From: Candidatus Moraniibacteriota bacterium
GTDB taxonomy: Bacteria > Patescibacteriota > Minisyncoccia > Moranbacterales > UBA2206
Direction: 5' to 3'
NCBI GenBank assembly: GCA_026396175.1
Contig: JAPLXG010000014.1
Coordinates: forward strand, 1 to 63,870
DNA length: 63,870 bases
How positions within the stretch are numbered: the stretch's first letter is position 1; each line of letters begins with the position of its first letter. Position numbers and translations under genes: made by a program. The notes under the pieces were generated by a model. It did no database searches and was not told where the DNA came from. It worked only from the letters and a program-made list of their open reading frames with translations. Of the stretch, positions 29,194-38,226 are shown one piece after another.

Positions 29194-30540
29194 CTACTCT
29201 ACAATAAATTTACCACGGACCATCCCCATCCAGCAACTGAACGGAATTTCACCGATTTTATCAGGCGTAAAAGTTACAACATTATCACCAGAGCTAAGTG
29301 CTTGTGAAATTCCCAAGCTGGGAATAATAATCTTGCTCGTGCAACCGGTGATGCTATCCCCTTTGATCACCCAACGCACCGGCACACCTTTTTTCAGATG
29401 CAAAACGCTCGGTGAAAATCCGGCGTTAGTGACGTGCATTTCCACTATTTGCTCCGCCACATCCGTTTTTGTGTTTTTTACTTCTTCTTTTTGGCCATTT
29501 TGATTACCAAAGACATCGCCTGACGCGCCGACCAAAGCTAGCCCGGAATTGAAAGTATAGAAAGCAAAAAGGACGATGAGTATTCCGGCTACTTTTTGAA
29601 AAATGGCGGCATTTTTGCCTTTGCTCCAAGCCGTTGTCACACCTAGAGTGAGAAGAGACGGCACAGTGCCAAGCGCAAAGAAAAACATTCCCAATCCTCC
29701 GCGCATAAAACTGCCAGAAGCAATCGCCAGAATTTGCATGCTTTGCGTGAAACCGCACGGCAAAAAAAATGTCATCACACCCAAGAGAAATGGCGCGGCT
29801 GGATTCTCTGATTGTTTCAGTTTGCCCCACGGCGCACTAAAAAGTCTCGGCATAGAAAGACCCAAACTAGCAATATCCGGAAATAGTCCCAAAATATTGA
29901 GACCTAAGATTGCGAGTACGATGGCGATAATTATCGTATAGATCGCGATGAAGTTTCCGCTGATATTTATCCCGCCACCAATCGCGCCCAGCAGTCCACC
30001 GAGCACAAAAAATCCACCGAGCCGTCCAAAGTGAAAAAATAGATTCGGTTTCACCGCGCCACTCAAAAACCCGCTTTTTTCTCCTTTATATTTTTCCGAA
30101 AAAGCGATCACCACTGATCCAACCACCACCAAGCAACTGGAAACGGAAGCCACAAGACCAATCAGAAACGCCGTGCCAAAATCAGCGCCAGAACCAGCCA
30201 CACCAATTTTTTGTCCCAGACTGGAACTTTGAAACAGCTGAAAACCAAGAATAATGAGAATCACAAAAGCAACCGCCCAAAGCCAAGATTGCCAAGAATT
30301 TTTGCTAACTAGCGCAGTGGGCTCGCTTTTCTTTTGCGATGCCGTGTAGCCAAATTTTTCCACTACTGCTTTAACCTTTTGGAAATCGGGTTCGACTTTG
30401 TCATAACCCAGCTCCACGACGCCTCTTTTCCTGTCAGCATGAACGCGAGTTACACCGGGAATATTTTTCAATTCGTCGTCGAGTAGTTTTTCACAACTGA
30501 CGCAGTGCATACCTTTGATATAGATTATTTTTGTTTGCAT
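29194..30540 (-). CDS. Fusion protein: HMA metal-binding domain + TauE/SafE(DsbD_2)-like polytopic membrane domain + C-terminal cupredoxin-like domain
   Basis: GMHCVSCE HMA motif, about 6 TM segments, and a C-terminal beta-rich domain with Cys/Met (GCTSKI..FSCWMGM). The track ORF was trimmed to MQTKIIY because the first 10 codons are MITE D sequence. Confidence 0.8.
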   Translation of the reverse strand: MQTKIIYIKGMHCVSCEKLLDDELKNIPGVTRVHADRKRGVVELGYDKVEPDFQKVKAVVEKFGYTASQKKSEPTALVSKNSWQSWLWAVAFVILIILGFQLFQSSSLGQKIGVAGSGADFGTAFLIGLVASVSSCLVVVGSVVIAFSEKYKGEKSGFLSGAVKPNLFFHFGRLGGFFVLGGLLGAIGGGINISGNFIAIYTIIIAIVLAILGLNILGLFPDIASLGLSMPRLFSAPWGKLKQSENPAAPFLLGVMTFFLPCGFTQSMQILAIASGSFMRGGLGMFFFALGTVPSLLTLGVTTAWSKGKNAAIFQKVAGILIVLFAFYTFNSGLALVGASGDVFGNQNGQKEEVKNTKTDVAEQIVEMHVTNAGFSPSVLHLKKGVPVRWVIKGDSITGCTSKIIIPSLGISQALSSGDNVVTFTPDKIGEIPFSCWMGMVRGKFIVE

Positions 30541-30678
30541 ATTCATCCCCCACCACTTTTTCGCTCGCATTCGCGATTTAACGGTGAGTAATTATTGAAT
30601 TAGTTTTCTGTAATTTTACAGTTAATCTTTTATGAAAATAGCTAAGTTCTGACAGCGGAAAAGTGGTGGGGGATAAAC
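30541..30678. mobile_element. MITE-like element, family D (TIR ATTCATCCCCCACCACTTTTTCGCTCGCATTCGCG)
   Basis: Inverted arms at 30541..30575 and 30655..30678. Copies at 51251 and 58802. It exactly fills the gap from the csoR stop to the next start. Confidence 0.85.
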
Positions 30679-30679
30679 T

Positions 30680-30943
30680 TTACTTGCTCATCTTATTTAA
30701 TTGCAAAATTTCATCGATCATTTCTTGTTTTCTTTTTTCATTCGTGCCTTTCATGGCGTTCATAAAGCAACTGCTCAAATGGCGCGCCAAAAGTTTGTCA
30801 TTGGCCGATTTCAAAAGCCCGACCACCGCCAAATTCTGCTGCATAATCGAAACGCAATATTCCCCATCTTCAATCATTTTAATGACATTACTCAAGTGCG
30901 TACTGGCTTTTTTAAGAGCCGTAATAATTTCCTTGTCTTGCAT
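30680..30943 (-). CDS. csoR: CsoR/RcnR-family metal-sensing repressor
   Basis: C-H-C ligand pattern (GEYCVSI...RHLSSC) on an alpha-helical 87-aa protein at the head of the cop operon. The track ORF was trimmed to MQDKEII. Confidence 0.85.
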   Translation of the reverse strand: MQDKEIITALKKASTHLSNVIKMIEDGEYCVSIMQQNLAVVGLLKSANDKLLARHLSSCFMNAMKGTNEKRKQEMIDEILQLNKMSK

Positions 30944-30958
30944 ATAGTTTAAAAATTC

Positions 30959-30978
30959 CTGCCTGCCGATAGGCATGG
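30959..30978. repeat. Degenerate palindrome P upstream of csoR
   Basis: CCTGCCTGCCGATAGGCATGG. Confidence 0.6.
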
Positions 30979-31126
30979 AAAAATTAAAAATTAAAAATTT
31001 GCCGCTAGGCGCCTACCTCCCCCCTAGGTATAATATACTCGCGCCTGTAAATCTTGTCAAATGAAAAAGCACCCCTTGAAATTGATGCTTCCGTATTACC
31101 CTTATCTTCCTTGTGGTAGGGCTATT

Positions 31127-32233
31127 CTAATGATACTTCCCCATCCCTAAAATCCCAATGATCACACCAATGAGCGCGGTGACCATGGTGAAGATCCAGG
31201 CACGCATTGTAACTTTTGTTTCTGGCCAGCCTTTGGCTTCGAAGTGGTGATGAATTGGCGCGGCGAGGAATACTTTGCGATGGAAAAACTTTTTAGAAGT
31301 CAGTTGAATGACGACTGAGCCTGATTCGAGCACATAGATAAAAACAATGACAAATAAAACCAGCGTGGAATTAGTAAGCATAGCCACGACGCCCAAGGTT
31401 GCGCCCAGGGAAATCGCGCCGGTGTCACCCATAAAAAATCTGGCCGGGCAAATATTGAACCAAAGAAAAGCCAAGAGCGCTCCGGCAATTGCCATGCAAA
31501 AAGCGGACAAATCCATTTTGTTTTGGAAAAAAGCGATGAGACCAAATGAGCTGAAGGCGATGAGCAGTACGCCGCCATTGAGACCATCCAGTCCATCCGT
31601 TTCGTTTGACGAAATGGCGGTAAACAAAATGACAAACATAAACAGCGGGATATACCATAAGCCAATATTAAAATCTCCCATCGCCGGAATGTGAATATGA
31701 CTCCAGCCTAATTTATAGTAAAACCACCACGCGCCAAGAGCGGAAATTAAAATCAACCAACCAAAACGCGAAAGAAAGCGAATCCCGCCACCCTTGTTTT
31801 TGCCCACTCCCCGCACACTCGCCCAATCATCACAGAGCCCCAAAATTCCGGCGGAAATGAGCGCGAAGAGTGGAAGCCAAACTTCTTTGCGGCTCAAAAA
31901 ATCCAGTCGAGCGAAAAAATTAATACTCGACCACTTGGCAATCAAGGGAAAAAGATAATGCGAAAGCAACACAAGCACTAAAACGGAAAACCACACCAAG
32001 ATGCCGCCCATCACCGGCGTGCCGCTTTTATGTTTATGCATCTCGCTAACATAGGTCAGTTTTTCACCATCAACCGCATTGGTTTTTATCTTCACTCCGA
32101 TTTTGTATTTATAGAGAAAATGTGTAAGCACCGGCGTCAAAAAAAAGGCCAGAAGAAAAGCCATAACTCCCGTAGAGAGCACTTTTAGCACGCCGATTAC
32201 ACTAGCGAGAGTTTGGATTTGAGATAGTTCCAT
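31127..32233 (-). CDS. mraY: Phospho-N-acetylmuramoyl-pentapeptide transferase
   Basis: 368 aa and polytopic. NETDGLDGL, MGDTGA and PIHHHFE motifs. Confidence 0.95.
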   Translation of the reverse strand: MELSQIQTLASVIGVLKVLSTGVMAFLLAFFLTPVLTHFLYKYKIGVKIKTNAVDGEKLTYVSEMHKHKSGTPVMGGILVWFSVLVLVLLSHYLFPLIAKWSSINFFARLDFLSRKEVWLPLFALISAGILGLCDDWASVRGVGKNKGGGIRFLSRFGWLILISALGAWWFYYKLGWSHIHIPAMGDFNIGLWYIPLFMFVILFTAISSNETDGLDGLNGGVLLIAFSSFGLIAFFQNKMDLSAFCMAIAGALLAFLWFNICPARFFMGDTGAISLGATLGVVAMLTNSTLVLFVIVFIYVLESGSVVIQLTSKKFFHRKVFLAAPIHHHFEAKGWPETKVTMRAWIFTMVTALIGVIIGILGMGKYH

Positions 32234-32236
32234 AAA

Positions 32237-33298
32237 TTATTTCCAAGTATAGTTATTATAAACCCAGTTTAATAAAGATTTCATATCATCCCAACGCTTT
32301 TCATCGTTCAGTAGCACCGTGATTACTTTATGCTTACCTGTCGGATCGGTCGAACCCAGGAGCAATGACTTTCCAGCCAGCGGAGTAAATCCTGTTTTCC
32401 CGCCCAAACAATTGGAAACATTCCCCAAAAGCATATCCGTATTTTTCAGCAGATGCATATATTTTCCATCAGTGGAATAGAACTGGCCTTCCGGTATTTT
32501 CATTATATCCCAGATCAACTCATATTGCATCGAGGTAGCAGCAATTCTGGCAATGTCGTAGGCGGAAGAATAGCATTCATTTTCCCGTCCGTCAATTTCC
32601 AATCCTGAAGGAGTACAAAAATGCGTATCAACCAAACCCATATCCTTAGCTTTTTGATTCATTTTTTCCACAAAAGCATCGGGCGACCCGGAAATATAGA
32701 TGCCCAGTGACGTAGCCGCGTCGTTCGCGCTATTGAGTAGCATTGCTTTCAAAAGATCAATGGCGTGCACTTTTTCTCCCGCATACATCCGATTACCATT
32801 GCAAAATACACTCGTCGGACAACCGACCACAGTTCCATCAACATGCAAACCTTCTTTCTTGATTGTCACCTCAGCATTGAGATCGGGAATATTTTCAATA
32901 GTCAAAATCGCTGTCATCATTTTGGTCAGCGACGCAATCTGAGTTTGCTTTCGGCCATTATCGTAGTGCAAGATCGTGCCACTGTCGACATCAATCGCCA
33001 CGGACGATCCGGCCCACATTTTCAGATCTTGACAATTCGGTTTTCTTTGGGGAACGAGACCAGTACTGCTGGCCACATCAAAAGGTGAATAATCCTTATT
33101 TTGCGTCGTCGCATCAGGTTTTTTTTCCGGAACATCTTCGTTGTTTATTGCTACCGTTTTTTCTTCACCAAGCACCTGCTGCTCTTGCTTGCCTTGCGTT
33201 AGACCTTTTTTTAACGTATCCAACCGAGCGGAAAAATTCCCGGGAAGAATTCCGGGAAGAAGCAAAACGAATAGAATTGTGTAGAGTATGTTAAACAT
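32237..33298 (-). CDS. D-alanyl-D-alanine carboxypeptidase (S11 peptidase, low-MW PBP)
   Basis: SLTK (SxxK), SAND (SxN) and KTGFT (KTG) motifs with an N-terminal signal/anchor. Confidence 0.9.
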   Translation of the reverse strand: MFNILYTILFVLLLPGILPGNFSARLDTLKKGLTQGKQEQQVLGEEKTVAINNEDVPEKKPDATTQNKDYSPFDVASSTGLVPQRKPNCQDLKMWAGSSVAIDVDSGTILHYDNGRKQTQIASLTKMMTAILTIENIPDLNAEVTIKKEGLHVDGTVVGCPTSVFCNGNRMYAGEKVHAIDLLKAMLLNSANDAATSLGIYISGSPDAFVEKMNQKAKDMGLVDTHFCTPSGLEIDGRENECYSSAYDIARIAATSMQYELIWDIMKIPEGQFYSTDGKYMHLLKNTDMLLGNVSNCLGGKTGFTPLAGKSLLLGSTDPTGKHKVITVLLNDEKRWDDMKSLLNWVYNNYTWK

Positions 33299-33305
33299 TG
33301 AGTAA

Positions 33306-33440
33306 CTGAATTTTAAATTAGAAATTTGAAATCAAGGCCAAATTATTAAATATCAAATTTTAAATACTAATTAATTAAACGTCAATTTAAAATTTGTTCA
33401 TTTGAAATTCATTTCAAATTTCAAATTTCAAATTTAGCCT
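33306..33440. repeat. AT-rich heptamer-based repeat, family G
   Basis: ..TTCAAATTTCAAATTTCAAATTTAGCC at its end, matching 1116 and 59738. Confidence 0.6.
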
Positions 33441-33446
33441 TTTTGA

Positions 33447-34022
33447 TCACACTATCTCTGGAGTTTCTTTTGTTATTTCTTCTAATGTTTCTTCCGCGGC
33501 GACATCTTCCTTTTTATTCAACGCTTCCCAATCGGGCAATTTTTCCACGCTTTCTACCCCCAGTTTTTTCAAAAAATCAAATGAAATATTGTAAATATAG
33601 CGCCGATTATCTTTGATGTTTTCTATTCTATCGATGAGACCGCGAATGAGGAGCGCTCGCAAAGTAAAACTGCAATTCACACCCCTAATTGCTTCGATTT
33701 CGGCGCGGGTAATCGGGCCACGATAAGCCACAATTGAGAGCACTTCCAGCGCCGCTTGACTCAGATTTTCTTGGATTTCACTTTTCACCAATTCCGCCAC
33801 AAATTCAGCGTTGTCGGGGTTGGTCACAAGTTGAATTGTATCTTTAATCTGAACAATTCGCAACCCTCGCCCTTGGGCGTATTCCGCATTGAGTTTCGCG
33901 ACCGCTTCTTCCACTTCCGCCTCCGTCGCATCAGTCACTTTTGCTAAACGCAAAAGTTTCATCGGTTCACCGCTGACAAATAAAATACTTTCAATGATTG
34001 ATTTTAGTTTTTCTGGTTGCAT
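33447..34022 (-). CDS. scpB: Segregation and condensation protein B
   Basis: IIESILFVSGEP N-terminus and tandem winged-helix layout. Adjacent to scpA. Confidence 0.9.
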   Translation of the reverse strand: MQPEKLKSIIESILFVSGEPMKLLRLAKVTDATEAEVEEAVAKLNAEYAQGRGLRIVQIKDTIQLVTNPDNAEFVAELVKSEIQENLSQAALEVLSIVAYRGPITRAEIEAIRGVNCSFTLRALLIRGLIDRIENIKDNRRYIYNISFDFLKKLGVESVEKLPDWEALNKKEDVAAEETLEEITKETPEIV

Positions 34023-34061
34023 AATATAATTTTATAACTTATTTAACGGTTACGACAATTG

Positions 34062-34290
34062 TTTATTTATATCCCCTTCTCCATTAGGGAGAAGGTGGCT
34101 GAAAGCCGGATGAGGGAGGAGCCTTTCGATTAATAACAAGTTAGCTTTGTTTAGATTATTCTTAATTTATAGCCCTTCCCCTCACCTGTCATGAGTACAT
34201 GACATCCTCTCCCGAGGGGAGAAGAGGAATTGAAGGGACTATTCCGTAGCCTCACCTGTCCTCCGGACATCCTCTCCCTAAGGGAGAGGA
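34062..34290. mobile_element. MITE-like element, family B (extended right arm)
   Basis: Same left arm as 29021. The right arm is duplicated. Lies between scpA and scpB. Confidence 0.85.
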
Positions 34291-34302
34291 GGATATGTCA
34301 TG

Positions 34303-35013
34303 TTATTCGCTTCCGCTCCTCATACTCAACTTGATATCTTGAAATAATTCTTTTTGTTCGACGTGGATCATTCTTTGCTTGACCATTTCCAGCATCGCGA
34401 GAAAGGAGATAATCACATCGATTTTATCTTTCGCTTCGGACACTAATTCAGAAAAGCAAGTTTCCAGTTTGTTCCGCAAAGCGATTTCCAAATCACTGAT
34501 CCGCTCTTCCATTGTCACAATTTCGCTAACCAGCTCTTCTTGTAAAACCGCCACTGCCGGAATTTCCGAGAGCACTTTTTGAAAATATTTTTTCAGATCA
34601 AACGCATTAATATTCTCTGGCGGATAAAAAACCGATTTAATTCCCTGATAGGGCGGCTTGGAATAGCAGACTCGATTCTCCAGCGCCAATTTTCTGACTT
34701 TGGCTGAAATTTCTTTGAACTTTTTATACTCCGCCAGCTGTTGCGCTAAATCTTCGATTTCTTCCTCTTCTTCATCACTAAATTTCAAAATTGGTAAAAG
34801 CGCGCGCGACTTAATGAGGATCAATTTTGCCGCCACAGACAAAAAGTCCGCCAAATTTTCCAGGTGAATGCTTTGGTTATCCTTGATATAGTCCAAATAT
34901 TGATCTGCCACGTGAGCCAAATTCAACTCAGTAATACTCAGCTTTTCCTTCTCAATCAGATCAAGCAGAAGCTCCAATGGTCCTTCAAATTTTTCCAGTT
35001 TTACCTGATACAC
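34303..35013 (-). CDS. scpA: Segregation and condensation protein A
   Basis: FEGPLELLLDLI..EKL.I.E..LA.V.DQYL signature. Confidence 0.9.
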   Translation of the reverse strand: MYQVKLEKFEGPLELLLDLIEKEKLSITELNLAHVADQYLDYIKDNQSIHLENLADFLSVAAKLILIKSRALLPILKFSDEEEEEIEDLAQQLAEYKKFKEISAKVRKLALENRVCYSKPPYQGIKSVFYPPENINAFDLKKYFQKVLSEIPAVAVLQEELVSEIVTMEERISDLEIALRNKLETCFSELVSEAKDKIDVIISFLAMLEMVKQRMIHVEQKELFQDIKLSMRSGSE

Positions 35014-35080
35014 AAAGTTTTATGCGTTACTATTTTAACCTCCCTATTTTAGCATCTTTTCCGCAAAACCGCCATGGTAC

Positions 35081-36265
35081 TTAACTTTTTTTCGCCAACC
35101 TATTTTCCGCCAAGCGGTAAGCCGGGATTAGCGCGGAAAAAATTATCAGCGCTGAGAGAAGAAAGATGGCGGAAAGCGGTAAAAATAGCAAAAGCACAAA
35201 AGAAAGACTGGCGGCCAAAATATAGCCAACTGGCATGGCGGTGCGGAAAAAACCAATCAGATCAACGTCATCACCGTCGATGCGTTTGTAGAAATAGGAA
35301 TCGCGCAAAATCTCCACCATCGCCGCGCCGATTCTGGTTCCCAGGAGCGTCAGTGACCACACAAAAACAACGGGCGCATGGACAAAATAGACCACCGTGG
35401 TGGAAACAGCCATAATTAAAAGTCCGCAAATCAAAAGCTTTTTTTCCCCCATTTTTTTGTCCGCCGAAAATCCCATCGGGTATTGCAAAAACACGAACGG
35501 CAAAAGCATCACGGAAAAAACAATCCCGATCTGACTCCAACTGAGGCCGATGTCTCGCAGATAAATCGGCATATAGATGATCATGAGGGCATAGAAAAAT
35601 TCCAACACGAAAGAAACATAATAAATTGCCATCACATTTTTTCGCTTGGAAATTTTGCGCAATAAATTCGACACGGAAATATCCACTTGTGGCTTTCCGT
35701 TAGTGTCTCTCAGCTTAAAGAGCGCGTAGAAAAAAACCAGGACATTGAAAAGCAAAAGAAACACAAAGACTCCGGAAAAATCAACTAGCCCCAAAAGTCG
35801 CGTCGAAACAAACGGCCCCAAAAGAAAACCGGCATTGAGCACTGTGAGATGCTTGCCACGAATTCTCCCCGACTCTTTGTCGCAAGAAAAAGATTCCAAA
35901 ATCGTGTCGAGGCTAACCCATTCCAGACCAGAAAAAATCACATAGAGCATCAGCAGGAATATTCCCCAGCTCGAGGGAGCTGAGTTGACCAAAAAAACAA
36001 GACTGATAATTTTCAGCGCCAGGATAACCAAAAAAACGCTGGTCTTTCCCATCCTTCTGGTTAATTTATGCAAGTTTAGAAGAATCAAAAGCAAAGCGGA
36101 ATATGCAATAAAATAAAAACCACCAACATTTTCCGTGCCGGAGGCTTGCTTAAAATAACTCGACATCACATAGATGAGAACGGCTTGAGAAAATCCCAAA
36201 AAAAATGAGATGTAATTTATCGCTCTAGTTTTTTTTCGATCTAAATGTTCTTTGTGTTTTGGCAT
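35081..36265 (-). CDS. MFS transporter
   Basis: 394 aa, about 12 TM segments, with a typical 6+6 layout. Confidence 0.75.
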   Translation of the reverse strand: MPKHKEHLDRKKTRAINYISFFLGFSQAVLIYVMSSYFKQASGTENVGGFYFIAYSALLLILLNLHKLTRRMGKTSVFLVILALKIISLVFLVNSAPSSWGIFLLMLYVIFSGLEWVSLDTILESFSCDKESGRIRGKHLTVLNAGFLLGPFVSTRLLGLVDFSGVFVFLLLFNVLVFFYALFKLRDTNGKPQVDISVSNLLRKISKRKNVMAIYYVSFVLEFFYALMIIYMPIYLRDIGLSWSQIGIVFSVMLLPFVFLQYPMGFSADKKMGEKKLLICGLLIMAVSTTVVYFVHAPVVFVWSLTLLGTRIGAAMVEILRDSYFYKRIDGDDVDLIGFFRTAMPVGYILAASLSFVLLLFLPLSAIFLLSALIIFSALIPAYRLAENRLAKKS

Positions 36266-36342
36266 TGTTATTTTTGTTTTTGAAAGTTTTACAGGCTCTA
36301 AGAGCCCGCCCCAACGGGCTCTTAGAGCCTGTGGACTATGGA

Positions 36343-37662
36343 TTACGGCGTAATTCTCTTTACATCCCGCGGAAAAAGAATCGCTTCTTTAATGCTTCCG
36401 AGATTGAGAATTTTTTGCACGATCCGTTCTGATCCCAGTCCCCAACCCCCATGCGCGGGCATACCTAATTTAAAAATATCCAAATAATGTTCCAAGTCCT
36501 CTGGTTTGAGTCCGTGTTTTCCGATGCTATTTTTTAATTGTTCGTAGTTATGAATTCTTTGCCCGCCACTGGCAATTTCCACGCCACGGAAAATCAGATC
36601 GAACGTTTCTGTATACTGACCATCTTCACTTGGCATCGAATAGAAAGGCCGCACACTGACCGGATAGTGCGTGAGAAAAACAAAATCGGAATTGTGGCTT
36701 TTCTTGGCCCATTCGCAGATTAAACGCTCACCCTCCGGATCGATGTCGACATCTTCCGATTTTTTGCCATATTCTTTTTCCAAAATTTCCAGCGCTTCGG
36801 TTAGTCGCAAGCGAGGAAATTTTTCGGCGAATAGCAGTTCTCCCGCGGCATACTCTTCTAGTTCACTTGAACAATTTTTAGTGACGTCAGAAAGCATTTG
36901 TTGCATCACTTTTTCCAAAGAGTCCATCACATCAGTAAAGCTATCAATAAAACCCATCTCGGCGTCGAGGCCCGTATATTCATTGACGTGGCGCGTGGTA
37001 AAATGCGGCTCGGCGCGAAAAACAGTGCCGATTTCAAACACCCGTTCAAAAGCACCAACGCCGGCTTGCTTGTAGAACTGCGGGCTTTGTGCCAAATAGG
37101 CATCGCGATCAAAATATTTTATCTTGAAAAAATTCGCTCCGCCTTCAGTCGCGGCAGAAAGAATTTTTGGCGTTTTAATTTCCAAAAACTGCTGTTCACG
37201 CATCACCTCGCCGTAGGATTTAAAAAGCTCCGCATTGACTTTAAAAATATCATTGACTTTTTTATTGCGAAGAACTAAATTGCGATTGTCGAGAAGTGTG
37301 TTGAGATTGACATCCAATTCACTTTTCGCCACATCGAAAGGTAGCTCGGCTTCTACTTTTGAAATTACGGTTATTTTGGCGGCTTCCAGTTCAATTTTGC
37401 CAATCTTATCTTCCTTGCCCTGGCCGCCCGGACGCTCCTTGACCAAGCCTTCAATTTCCACCACAAATTCGCTACGCACGTCTTTCGCGTTTTGGTAGGC
37501 GCTTTCTTTGTCAGGAATAACCACCACTTGCACCACACCAGTACGATCGCGCAGATCGATAAAAATCAATTTGCCATGATCGCGCCGAGAGTTGACCCAG
37601 CCAGCCAGTTTGACATATTGCCCAATCATTCTTGGCGCGTCTGAAATGAGTGTTCTTTCCAT
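36343..37662 (-). CDS. aspS: Aspartate--tRNA ligase, short archaeal/eukaryal-type
   Basis: 439 aa. N-terminal OB fold (GWV...R..GK..FI.LRD..G..Q) and class II motifs (FR.E, GG.R.H, GLG.ER). Confidence 0.93.
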   Translation of the reverse strand: MERTLISDAPRMIGQYVKLAGWVNSRRDHGKLIFIDLRDRTGVVQVVVIPDKESAYQNAKDVRSEFVVEIEGLVKERPGGQGKEDKIGKIELEAAKITVISKVEAELPFDVAKSELDVNLNTLLDNRNLVLRNKKVNDIFKVNAELFKSYGEVMREQQFLEIKTPKILSAATEGGANFFKIKYFDRDAYLAQSPQFYKQAGVGAFERVFEIGTVFRAEPHFTTRHVNEYTGLDAEMGFIDSFTDVMDSLEKVMQQMLSDVTKNCSSELEEYAAGELLFAEKFPRLRLTEALEILEKEYGKKSEDVDIDPEGERLICEWAKKSHNSDFVFLTHYPVSVRPFYSMPSEDGQYTETFDLIFRGVEIASGGQRIHNYEQLKNSIGKHGLKPEDLEHYLDIFKLGMPAHGGWGLGSERIVQKILNLGSIKEAILFPRDVKRITP

Positions 37663-37663
37663 T

Positions 37664-37730
37664 GTTATTCGCTTCGCGAACCCCCACTACCTGCCTACCG
37701 GCAGGCAGGCGAACGGGGGACATACGAATT
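37664..37730 (-). repeat. Family C element with nested palindrome P, abutting the aspS start codon
   Basis: GTTATTCGCTTCGCGAACCCCC..CCTGCCTACCGGCAGGCAGG..GGGGGACATACGAAT. One nt separates it from the ATG. Confidence 0.85.
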
Positions 37731-37755
37731 ATTATTATTTTAAAATCATGCACTA

Positions 37756-38142
37756 TTAATTACCAATTCCCGTCAGTCTTTTAATTTCTTCCACCATTTC
37801 ACTCGGCGTGTATTGCGCTTTCGTGATAAACCCATTCGCTCCAAGCGCCATCACTTTTTCCTGATCTTCCTTTTGACTCATATTACTGAAAATGATAATT
37901 TTAATGTTTGGATCATATTTACCACTTCTTAAAGCTTCAGTCACTTGAAAACCATCCAACTTTGGCAAAAGAAGGTCCAAGAGGATAATGTCTATCTTTT
38001 CTTTTTTGACGATTTCCAACACTTGGTCGCCGGAAAAAGCGGCCAAAACTTCATAGCCATTTTCCGTAAATTTTTTTTGATAAATTTCAGAAATCATCAG
38101 ATCATCTTCCGCGATAAGCACTTTTGTCATATTTTGTTTCAA
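37756..38142 (-). CDS. Stand-alone response-regulator receiver domain (CheY-like)
   Basis: 128 aa with the EDD acidic pocket, phospho-acceptor LLDLLLP and a conserved K. Confidence 0.9.
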   Translation of the reverse strand: MKQNMTKVLIAEDDLMISEIYQKKFTENGYEVLAAFSGDQVLEIVKKEKIDIILLDLLLPKLDGFQVTEALRSGKYDPNIKIIIFSNMSQKEDQEKVMALGANGFITKAQYTPSEMVEEIKRLTGIGN

Positions 38143-38226
38143 AACGCTGTTAAACCGGCATATTTATGCCCTAATTAAACTACTCTTGAATTATAGCGAA
38201 CTGACAGAAAAAATCAAATTTTTTCC

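Noticed and set aside
37511-37753. An 80-aa ORF reading through the family C/P repeat (..SPVRLPAGRQVVGVREANN..). Similar repeat-derived N-terminal extensions occur elsewhere: MRAKKWWGMN at 30570, MVGDK at 30663 and 58924, MGVREANN at 52697, MPIGRQEF at 30976.
   Set aside because: The sequence is the translation of dispersed repeats. The same peptides recur wherever the repeat occurs. The adjacent real genes have better in-frame ATGs right after the repeat.
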